Source: Lama guanicoe (taxonomy: Eukaryota). From it: a DNA stretch of 64,000 bases. Made by a program: the position numbers and the translations under genes. How positions within the stretch are numbered: position 1 is the first letter of the stretch; each line of letters starts with the position of its first letter. Below the pieces are notes generated by a model. It was not told the DNA's origin and did no database searches. It was given only the letters and a program-made list of their open reading frames with translations. Shown piece after piece: positions 27,690 to 38,410 of the stretch. The stretch is from NCBI GenBank assembly GCA_013239625.1, contig MU054212.1:9348898-9412897 (forward strand), written 5' to 3'.

Positions 27690-29805
27690 TCAGTTGATAG
27701 TACTTCATTGTATGGATGTGCCACTGTTTGTTAATCTACTCATTTATTAAAGGATATCTTAGTTGCTTCTGTTTTTTTGGCAATTCTGAATAAAGCTGTT
27801 ATAAACATTCACATTCAAGTTTTTGTGTGGACATAAGTTCTCAGAACCATTAGGTAATACCTAAGAGAATGATTGCTGGGTTGACTGTGTTTAGATTTAT
27901 AAGATACTAACAAATTCTCTCTCAAAATGGCTGCACCATTTTGCTTTTAGAGTTCCTGTTGCTCTGCATTCTTATTTTCAGTGTTTTGGACCTAAGCCAT
28001 TCAAATGGGTATGCCGTGATAGCTCAGTGTGGTTTTTAATTTGCCTTTCCTTAATGACGTTTGATTTTGATCATGTCTTCATATGCTAACTGGCCATCTG
28101 CCTGTGTTCTTTGGTGAGGTGTTTGTTAGTATCTTTTGCCTGCTTTTAAGTTGGATTGTTTGTTTTGTTATTGTTGAGTTTTAAGAATTTTATATGCTTT
28201 CTGGATACAAGACTCTTATCAGGTTTCTGATTTGCAAATATTTTCTCTCAGTCTTTGGCTTGTTTTTCCATTCCCTTCACAGTGTCTTTAGCAGTGCAAA
28301 AGTTTTTAATTTTGACAAAATCCAGTTTTATCATTTTTTTCTTTTATCAATCATGTTTTTGATGTTGTATCTAAAAGCTTCTCACCAAACCCAAGGTTAT
28401 GCGCATTTTCTCTCTATATGTTCTTTAAAAAGTTTTATCATGTTGTGTTTTACACTTAGGTCTGTAATCAATTTTGAGTTAACTTTTGTAAGGTGTGAAA
28501 TCTCTGTCTTGGTTGAGTTTTTTATTCACTGTTTCCAGAACCATTTGTTAAGGAGACTGTCTTCTTATTCATGAATTACCTTTGTCCCTTTGTAAAAAAT
28601 TAGTCAACTATATTTGTGTCAGTCTGTTTCTAAGCTCTCTTTCTGTTCTGTTGATTTATGTGTCTATTCTTAAACCAGTTCACTCTGTCTTGATCACTGT
28701 AGCTTTACAGTAAGTATTTAAATCCTGTAATACAAGTCCTCCAACCGTGTTCTTCCTTTTCAGAATTGTTTTTGGCTGTTCTGATTCCTTTTTTATCAAT
28801 ATCAGTTTAGAATTGGCTTGTTGATGTCTACAAAAAGCTTATTGGAGTTTTGATTGGGGTTGAATTGAATGAATGTATCAAACTGGAAACAGTCTCATCT
28901 TAACAATATTGAATCTTCTAATTCATGAACATGGTACATCTCTCAATTCATTTAGATCTTTTTTATTTCTTCTGTGAGCGTTTTCTAGTTTTCCACTTAC
29001 AGATTTTGCACGTATTTTGTTAACCTTTACCTAAGTAATTTAAAAATATTAGTTGGTGTTAACTTTTTTAAAAATTTCAGATTTTAATTTTTCATTGCTG
29101 ATATAAAGGAACAAAGTTGACTTTAAGTGTGCTGATCTTCTGTCCTGTGACTGCTAAACTTACTTATTAGTTTTTTGAAGTTTGTTGTAGAATTCTTTGA
29201 AATTTTTTTACTTGAGTGATCATGTTGTCTGAAATTAGACAGTTTTAGTTCTTCCTTTCTAACCTCTATGCTATTTATTTCTTTTTCTTATCTTATTGCA
29301 CTAAGTAGAACTTCCAATATGATTTCAAATAAAAGTGGTGCTAGAGGACATTATTGCCCTGTTCTAGATCTTAATGGGAAGGTATTTAGTTTCTCACCAT
29401 TAATTATGATTTTTAACTGTAGGTTTTACATGGATATCTTTTATTAGGTTAAAGAAGTTTTCTTCTGTTGCTAGTTTGCTGATAGTTCTTATCACAAATA
29501 GATGTTGAATGTTGTCAAAAGCTTTTTGTATCAGTTGATGTGATCATATAATTTTGCTTATTTACCATATTAATATGGTGAGTTACAATGGTTGACTTTT
29601 AAGTGTTGAACCAGCTTTGCATTCTTGGGCTGAACCCCACTTTGTCTGATGTAGTATAGTTTTATATATTGCTAGATTTTATTAGTATTTTGTTAAGGAT
29701 TTTCATTTGGTGAGAGATACTGGTCTATGATTTTCTTTTCTTGTAATGTCATTATATGGTTTTGTATCAGGGTAATACTGGCCTTAAAGAATGAATTGGG
29801 AATCG
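27690..29805 (-). mobile_element. L1 3' portion of ORF2 (antisense arm of a 5'-inverted insertion)
   Basis: Continuous antisense L1 text ending gtatcagggtaatactggcc...gaatgaattggg. Confidence 0.9.
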
Positions 29806-29809
29806 TTTC

Positions 29810-29980
29810 AACTCTAATAATAAGGGATTTTTATGAACAGCTTTATGCATATAAATTTGACAGCTTACATGAGTGAGAGACTTCTTAAACAGACTACCAA
29901 AGCTCACTCTGTAAGAAACAGATAATGAATAGTTCTATATCTATTTTTAAAAGCCAATTTATAGTTTAAATCTCTTACAG
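29810..29980 (+). mobile_element. L1 ORF2 fragment (inverted arm, part 1; continues at about 32175-32260)
   Basis: ttttatgaacagctttatgcatataaatttgacagctta...actaccaaagctcact sense L1 ORF2. Confidence 0.7.
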
Positions 29981-29989
29981 AACATCCTT

Positions 29990-32170
29990 CTAAAATCCTA
30001 TTAATTAAATAAGACAAAAAATGAAATAAAGGTTATACATATTGAGAAAGAAAAAATAAAGCTGTCTTTGTTCACAGATGACATGATTATCTCTGTAGGA
30101 AGTTCTAAAGGATCAACTAAAATAACTCCTGGAACCTAATAAGCAATTATTAGCAAGGTTGCAAGATACAAGATTAATGTACAAAAGCCTATTGCTTTCC
30201 TGTACAGCAGCAATGAACAATTGAATTTGAAATTAAAAACATAACATCATTTACATTCACAGCCAAGGAGGGCTAGGGAGAGAGAGAGAGACAGAAATAC
30301 ATTCCTAGGTATAAGTCTAACAAAATATGTGTAAGATCTGTATGAGAAAAACTGTAGAACTCTGATGAGCAAAAACAAAGAAGAATTAAATAAGTAGAGA
30401 GAGAGTCTATGTTTGGATATGAAGGCTTAACATTTTGAAGATGTCAGTTCTTCCCAACTTGATCTATAGAGTCAATGTAATCTCAGTCAAAACCCCAGCA
30501 GGTGATTTTGTGGATATTGACAAACTGATTCTAACATTCATACGAAAAGGTACAAAGACCTGGAAAAGCAAACACAATATTGAAGAAGAACAAAGTTGAA
30601 AGGCTGATGTTACCCACCTTCAAGACTTACTATCAGAGTGTGGCAGTGAAGAGAGTGTGGTGTTGGCAATAGACAAATAGATCAATGAAACTGAAAAGAC
30701 AGCCCAGAAATAGACCCACACTAATATAGTGAGCTGATCTTTGATGAAGGAGCAAAGAAAATTCACTGGGGAAAAGATTTTTTTCAACAAATGGTGCTGA
30801 AACAATTAGCCATCCACATGCAAAGAAATGAATCTAGATACAGACTGCATCTTTCATGAAAATTAGCTGCAAATGGGTTGTAGACTTAAATATAAAATGC
30901 AAAACAACAGAACTTCTAAAAAATAGGAGAAAATCTATGTAACCGTGGGTTTGGTGATAAATTTTAAGATAGAACACCAAAAGCATAATCCATGAAAGAA
31001 AAATTAATAAGTGGGAATCTATTACAATTAAAAACTTCTCTGTGAAAAGACATTGTCAAGAGAATGAAAAGACAAGCCATAGACTGGGAGAAAATCATTG
31101 CAAAACACATTATCTGATAAAGGACTTAAATCCAGAATGTACAAAGAACTCTTAAAACTCAATAGTAAGAAAACTAACAACCCAATTTTAAATATGGGCA
31201 AAGGATAGGAACAGATACCTCACCAAAGAAGACGTGTTGGCAAATAAGCATGTAAAAGGGTGCTCAGTGTTACATGTCGTGAGGGAACTGCAAGTTTAAA
31301 CAATAAGGAGTTACTACTGCACACCTATTAGAATGGCTAGAATTTAAAACACTGACAACAGCAAATGCTGATGAGGATGTGGAGCAACAGGAACTCTTGT
31401 TCTGCTGGTGGGATTGCAAAGTAGTACAGCTACCTTGGAAGAAAATTTGTCAGTTTCTTACAAAGCTAAAGATAGTCTTAAAATATGATTCAACAGTCAT
31501 ACTCTTTGCTATTTCTCCAAATGAAAACTTGCATCCAGAAAACCTACACGCAGATTTTTATAGCAGCTTTATTCATAATTGCCAAAACTTGAAAGCAACC
31601 AAGATGTTGTTCAATAGGTGAATGAATAAACAAATTGTGGTATATCCATACAATGGACTATTATTCAGTGATATAAGAAATGAGTTAGCAGGCCACAAAA
31701 AGACATGGAGGAACTTTAAATACATATTGCTCAGTGATAGAAGTCAATCTGAAAAGGCTACATTTTGTATATTTCAAATATATGAGTTCTGGAAAAGACA
31801 AAACTATAGTAGCCGCCAGGGACTCGGGGTGGGGGAAGGGAAAGAAGGATGAATAGTTGGAGCACAGGGGATTTTTAGGGCAGTGAAACTATTCTGTATG
31901 ATATTGCAATAGTGGATACATGACATACAGTTGTCAAATCCCATATAACTGTACAACACCAAGAGTAAACTCTCATGTAAACTATTAATTTTAGTTAGAA
32001 ATATCATATCAAGATTTATTAATCAAATGTAACAAGTGTATCACACTAATACAATATGTTAATAATAGGGGAAGCTTTCCAGGGATGCTATATAGGAACT
32101 CTGTGTTCTTTCTGCTCAATTTTTCTGTAAACTTAAAATTGCTCTAAAAGATGAAGTCTTTTAATTAAGG
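29990..32170 (+). mobile_element. L1 (L1MC-like) 3' 2.2 kb, sense, nested insertion
   Basis: ctgtctttgttcacagatgacatg (LFADDM motif) through 3' UTR ggaactctgtgttctttctgctcaatttttctgtaaacttaaaattgctctaaaa. Confidence 0.9.
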
Positions 32171-33271
32171 GGGAAATAAAATTTCTCATAAAGAAAATTT
32201 CAAGACCAGATGGCTTCACTGGTGAATGTTGCCAAGCACATGAGGAAGAATTACTGCTAGTGTCTGTCAGTGGCCCCCACTGTCACACTGTGACCGTGTG
32301 TAACCAAAATCATAAAGTGGTCATTTCATAATTCTTAAGTTGTTTAGTTTGATTTAGGAGGAGAGGTGGTGCAAGATTAAAATAGTGATAGGTGATTGTA
32401 GTGTTGGAGTAAAAGTGAAACATATTTAACATTTATTGTACTTGGTTTCAGAATGCTTCTAATCTCTTTTTTTCCCTTGTACATACTGGTCCCTTGGAGA
32501 GACAGGGACCCAGGAGAAGGCCCAGGTAGTTTTTGGAGAAGTTAAGTAAGTTTTGGATGTGTTTAGTTTGACAATGTAGGTCTTTCAGAACATGTCCATT
32601 TACTGAAGTAGTAAATAGAAGTGTGCCTGTAAGGCTCAGGTGAAAAGTCAGAGTTGTATGTATATCATTGGCAGAAGTGAAAATAAGAATAATCTTAATT
32701 GATCTCTCTCTTACTTAGTATGTAGACATATATTTTGCAAACAGTTTTCAAGTGCCAGCTATGTACTAGGCACTGTCTGATGCATTGTATGGAGGAAACA
32801 AACAAGATACCTGTAATGTGGTATGCTTAAGGCTATGATAGAGATATTTGCAGAATGAGATTTCCGAGAGCAGAGGAGAGGCTAGGGATTAAGGAATACT
32901 TTGCAGAGGAATTGACTCTTGTTCTGAATCTTAAAGCACAGAGGAACGAATCAGGTAGAGGAGGCCAAGGAGAGAATGTCAGACTAAAGGAAAAGCATGT
33001 GAAAAAGCATCAAGATATAAAGCAGCATGGCATCATTCAGAGGACAGTATCGGCAGATACTTCCAGTATCGCACCTCTTAACCAGCTTTGCAGTTGTTTG
33101 TCCTAATGAGCAATAAATTTCTTACTACAAAGTGTTTACTTATTCTTTTTGTGGCATCAGTGCCTTGCAGTGTTTAATACATAACAGATCCTGAGTAAAT
33201 ATTTCTTAAAAGAATGACCACAATATGATAAATGGTACTTTTGGGGGAAGAGGGGGCATAAGTGGTTGTGG

Positions 33272-33430
33272 GAGTTGATAGGGCAAGGAAGACTTTGTAT
33301 AAAATAGTCTTAGAGTTGGGGCTTGAAAGATGAATAGAAAATTAAGAGTTGTTAGGGCAAGGATAAAATAGTCTTAGAGTTTGTATAAAATAGTCTTAGA
33401 GTTGGGGCTTGAAAGATGAATAGAAAATTA
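33272..33430 (+). repeat. Complex local duplication (perfect 51-bp direct repeat plus partial copies)
   Basis: 33294-33344 is identical to 33380-33430; gagttga/gttagggcaagga occurs twice; taaaatagtcttagag occurs three times. Confidence 0.95.
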
Positions 33431-33515
33431 TCATGCCAGCAGATAAGTAAGGGATAAAGGAAAGAACATTCTGGACAGAGGGACATATGCCAAGATATAG
33501 AGATTTGGAGAGCAT

Positions 33516-33714
33516 AGAGCTGCCCTGTTTAATATGGTAGCCGCTAGCTGTATGTGACACTTTAAATCTAAGTTATAATTGAATAAAATAAAAAACTCAG
33601 TTCCCTAGTCACTACATCATATTTTAAGTTCCCAGTTGCCCACATGTGACTGGTACCGTACAGAACGGATATAGAACATTTATGTCATCACTGAGGTTCT
33701 ACTAGACAGCACTG
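33516..33714. mobile_element. MER3-like hAT-Charlie DNA transposon
   Basis: ctgtttaatatggtagccgctagc...cacatgtgactgg...gttctactagacagcactg. Confidence 0.8.
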
Positions 33715-34689
33715 TCATAATGCGTTTGGGAAACGTCAGGAGTTTGATGTACTGAAAGTACAGGTTGCAGTAGTGAGATGGAAGTTGCAAAGGCAGTGTG
33801 GAAGGAAATGATGCTGGAAGGGTAAGCTTAGTCCAAATCACTGGCAAAGGTATTGGACTTACCCTGTGGGATATCATCTGGGGGCGGGGTTGGGGGGTGT
33901 TTGATTTTGATATTGAAGGTAGGTCCTGCTGAATTGATCTGATTGGTGTTTTAAAAGAATCTTTGTGGCAGCGAGACAAAAGACAGATTGAAATGGTAGA
34001 GTTAGTGTTCAGAAGCTTACTGTGTAACAGAGCAGTAGTCCAGGTGGCAGAGATGCTAAAGCCTGAGCTAAATCAGGTCATGAGGATAGAAAGGGGGAGA
34101 CAGACGGACAGCTATTCAGAGATAGAATAGGTATAATGATTTGTTGTGGAGCTAACAGAATCTAGATGACTCTGATTTCTCGATCGGGCATATACGTAGA
34201 TGGGATAGGACACACACGGGGAAAGCTAGCAGGTTTTAAAAAGAGAAAAAGATTTTAACTTTCATTTTAACCACATTAACTTTGAAGATAGGCTCAATCT
34301 AATTAAGATAAGAGTCTGGAGTTGAGAATAAAATTCAAACCAGATAGTACTTCTGGGAGTCAGAGTATAATTGACTTTTGAAGCTTCGAGTTTGGACGAG
34401 ATTGCCCAGGAAGAGCATGTAGCATGAAGAGGGACAAAAGCCAAAGGCAGATCCTAACATGTATTAGGTGTGAAAAGATAGGGTCTTAGAAGGAATGAGA
34501 AGGAACAGCTAGAGACAAAGGAATGGTGTTATTGAAGAGTTGTGTCAAAAGGAGCTGAAGGAAGGTAGCACTTCAGGAGAGTTACTTACCCTGAGAAGTC
34601 ACATGAGAGGACCATGAAGTATATGTTGGATTTGTTGAACAAGCAGTCACTGGGGACCTTTAGGAACTTAGTATGCTGAACTACCCAGT

Positions 34690-34860
34690 GAATTCAGATC
34701 TTCTTCTGAGGTGTATTTGTAAAGGGTCATTGGGAGTGACAGAACTTGAGTCATGTAAGTTACCCTCACTTCATCTGTAAGATGATAATGCACCATGCTA
34801 TTTTTATTATTATAAAGATCAAGTGAGGGAATAAGAGAAAGTATTTTGTAAACTCTATAA
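34690..34860 (+). mobile_element. MIR fragment
   Basis: cttcatctgtaagatgataatgcacc...ttataaagatcaagtgagg...ttttgtaaactctataa. Confidence 0.6.
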
Positions 34861-35647
34861 AGTTTTTTTTTTAAGCTTACAGAACTGTGATTACTTTTAG
34901 GTGAAATCTGTGTTAAGAAAATGGGAGAGGGGATTTTAGGGAAAGCCAGGAGACACAAAGAATATTTGAGATTCTAAGGGACCAATTGGAATAGTATGAA
35001 CAGTGGAAGTATGAGCCAAGAAAGAGTAGGGCTGGGCTGAGTGAGGAAGAGGAATGGAATATGTGTGTTTACCAGACCGTTTGGTTGAATACCTTCTTCC
35101 TGGGCAGATCTAGAATACACTAAACAAGCTTGGAGCCTTTTTAATTCTGTGCAGACAGATCACTCTTCCTTAGATGTGTCCTAGTTACATTAGTTACAAT
35201 TGAGCCTGCTTGAAAAGAAATTGATACTGATACACTTCTTACAAATGATTTCTTTGAAATGGTTAGTTTTGAAGGTCATGTTCATTTCATCTAGTTTTCT
35301 TCTCTGTCTTCACCCTTTGATTTCTTCTTCCTTTAAGAGTTCCCCGAACCTTTTATCTCTCACTGTTGTTTTAGTTGTTGTCCTCTGAAACTCTCAGCTT
35401 TTGTAGCTCTTGAGTGCAGGTCTTCTGGGTGTGGGGTTTCCTAGGCATTGTCACATTCATTTTATCATAAGGTGAGCTCCGTGCTCGGGGGTTCAGTTTC
35501 TCGGGGGGCTAACTGATTGGATGAAGGACAGATTATCTGGGAAATGAGAAATTAGTTATAGCCTAACCAAGAATAATTTGAAATTCCTGTTTTAACTTAT
35601 CTGGTTATCATGCTTTCTTTGGCCTCTCTAAATGTAAATTCTGGCAG

Positions 35648-35667
35648 CATCTAGCAGGTGGCAGCAC
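35648..35667 (+). promoter_or_regulatory. Candidate CTCF core motif
   Basis: CATCTAGCAGGTGGCAGCAC versus CCASCAGRKGGCRS; one mismatch at a conserved C. Confidence 0.45.
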
Positions 35668-36089
35668 GAGGCACCTGTTATTGATAGGAAAGAGGAACAC
35701 CAGTTTCACTCTTTTCCTTTTCTTCTTTCCATCCTACTCACCCTCTACCCTGAAGGGAGAAGGAGGGAGACAGGGAGACAGACAGACGGACTCTAGTTGC
35801 ACAGTGATGAGATACCAGGTCCTGGTCCACGTTCCTTCAATCAAAGCATACCCCGGATCATCTTGGCTTCTTTCCTAAAGTTAACTTTATTTGAATGCTG
35901 GGCCGAATTGTTTTCTCAGCTGTGACACTTTAAGTTTGGTGGGGGGGGGGGATTAGTAGAATTTGGCTGAAAAGTGGGCGAGGGGTTTGTTCTTTGGCTT
36001 TAAGAGAGTGAAATCTCAGCTAAAAACAGGTACTTTATCTGACCATTTTATATTCACCCCATATTAAACAATAGCTTAAGTATAAATTA

Positions 36090-36790
36090 GTCAAATGGGG
36101 GAAAAGAAACATCTCTTATAGAAGAATTTCAAATAATAAATGTAGATGCCCTCCCTTTCAGAAGGTGGAGCTTAATTTCCAACCTCTACTCCTGAGGTAT
36201 AATCACTTACTTGCGCTCAAAGAATAGACTATGAAGGGGAAAGTAATAGCCTTACAGTGGAGAAGCCCAGCAGACACTGTCTTAACCAGGTGCCCTGGGT
36301 TAGCATCACCAGCATCTTGTGGATGTCAGATAGCCCCGTGTGACGTGATGAGAATAGTACTTCGTCTCTGTGGTGTTCTTTTCAATAACCCGACTCTAAC
36401 CATGAGGAAAACATCAGATAAGCTCAAATTGGAGACTGGCCAGTATTCCTCAAAATCATCAAGGTCACAGAAGACAAGGGAAGACTGAGAAATTGTCACA
36501 GACTACAGGAAACCAAAGAGACGTGATAACTCTATGTACCCTAAATAGGACTGTGGGACGGAAAAAGGACATTAAGGGAAAAATTAGTGAGATCTGAATG
36601 AAATCTGGAGTTTAGTTAACAGTAATGTAACAAAGTTGGATTCTTAGGTGTGACAAATACACTGTGATAATACAAGATATCAAAAATAGGGAAAACCGGG
36701 TGAGAGGTATATGGGAACTCTCTGTAGTATCTTGGCAATTTTTCTGTACATCCAAAATTATTCTAAAATGAAAAACTTATTAAAATGAAT
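36090..36790 (+). mobile_element. L1MC/L1MD-type 3' end
   Basis: acagtggagaagcccagcagacac...gggaactctctgtagtatcttggcaatttttctgtacatccaaaattattctaaaat. Confidence 0.85.
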
Positions 36791-37129
36791 TAATCATAAT
36801 CTCTCACTGTGAGAGAATTGTTGTCTGAAGACTATGCCTGCTGTGAACCGAGACGATTTAGGACTAGTGATAACTTTTTCCTTGATATTATTATGTTCAC
36901 TGTCCTTTAAGGGAGAGAAGTGGTTTCGAATGGGAGTGTCCTTGTAAGAACAAGTATGTGCAATTCAGCACCCAGATATATTCATACAGTACATTTAAAG
37001 TTCAGATTTTCTGTTGCCCAGAAGTGTCTATCTCCTTTAGAAAGAATTTTGGTGGTAAGTCAGGGTGTGTTGGTTATTGTTGTTTATGGTACCTTAATGG
37101 GGTGGAGATCAAGATCTTGACCAAAACAG

Positions 37130-37370
37130 AATGAATGGTATAATGATTTAAGAGTATGGGTCCCAGTGTCACACTGCTGGGACTTGAACCCTGATTCCAC
37201 AGATTCTAACTGTGCTCCTGAGCAATTTGCTTAATTAACTTCTTTGTATCTCCGCTTCTTCATCTGTACAATAAGATAATAAATGTACATCACAGGGTTT
37301 TTGTGACACTTAGAACAGTTTCTCACATGTGATAAGTGTTCAGTGTTGGTTATTCCTATTGTTTTATTTG
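37130..37370 (+). mobile_element. MIR SINE
   Basis: ggtataatgatttaagagtatggg...cttcatctgtacaat...cacttagaacagt...taagtgttcag. Confidence 0.8.
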
Positions 37371-37419
37371 TAATTATCAAGTCACAAGTGTGAAATAATG
37401 CTGCTGTTGTGATACACTT

Positions 37420-38410
37420 TTTTTCAATGCTTTGAAATGTTTTTTTTTTCACCTACTGTCTTCAAACTTTTCCCTGTGGCTTTTATTTTCAGCAGTTTGA
37501 CTATGATGTGTCTGGGGAGAGGTGAGTATGTGTTTGTGTGTGTGTTTATCCTGTTTGGAGTTCTTTGAGCTTCCTTTGTCTGTGGTTTGTTGTGTTTCAT
37601 TAAATTTGCAAGTTCTTGGTCATTCATTCTCTCTCCAGACATTCCTTCCATCCTCTTCTCTCTCCTCTTTCTGGGGTTCTAGTTACACATGTTTGATATA
37701 GTACTAAGATCTGGGATGCTCTGTTCTTTTTATTTTCTTTGTGTTTCATTTTGGATAAATTTCTGCTGCCCGACTTCCAAGTTGAATGTTTCCTGTGCTG
37801 TATCCAGTCTGCTGATTAAGCCATCAAAGGAATTCTTTATTTTTTATTTAGTATCTGACATTGTGTGTTAAAGAACAGCAGAGGCTGAAGTAAATAGTGT
37901 TTATGCTCAGAAATGGCACCTGTCTCCTCTATAGGCAGGTGGTTAACATGCAGTTTGGGTCATTCCCGTCAATTATTGAATTGGACTCATACCTCCTTGT
38001 TTCTGTGGTTCTCCTCGGAGCACCAGACTTGAAGTTTCTCTTGTGGCCGGCTGCTGCTCCCTTGTGCGTAGTGAGAAAGATGTGGAGAATGGATGTATAG
38101 ACTCTTCTGTGTCCGGTGCTCCCTAGGAAGTGTATGCTGTCACATTAGCCCACACTCAGCCTTTATTAAATTTTGTTATAATTTTTCATGTGTTTTTTCT
38201 TATCTGCCTTTTATGATGACCACTGTTCCTCTGAGTTCTGTGTCCTGTCTCCTTAGAGGCTTGTCACCCTTTGGAATTCAGTTCACCTGATTGTTTTGTG
38301 ACCTGAACTCTGATGGGTCCCCCAAATTTCTGCAGGTTATCTGGCTGTTTCTCCTTGTTAGTGTGGGAGCAGCCTTCTTTTGAGACTTTCTACATTCTAA
38401 GCAGAGTGGA
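37420..38410 (-). mobile_element. Old L1 ORF1/5' fragment
   Basis: Minus peptide PQTKEAQRTPNRIN...PRHIIVKLLK is an L1 ORF1p motif. Confidence 0.85.

Larger units (their letters stand above)
32740..34680 (-). mobile_element. Fragmented L2 LINE
   Basis: Antisense L2 3' end (ctatgtactaggcactgt) followed by purine-rich L2 text (gcagtagtccaggtg, gatgactctgatttc, gtcactggggaccttt). Confidence 0.7.

Noticed and set aside
29990..32170. Potentially active L1
   Set aside because: 5'-truncated, with many stops and frameshifts.
33272..33430. Repeat-spacer pattern as a CRISPR array
   Set aside because: Mammalian DNA, only two to three irregular copies, and the intervening sequence is itself duplicated.
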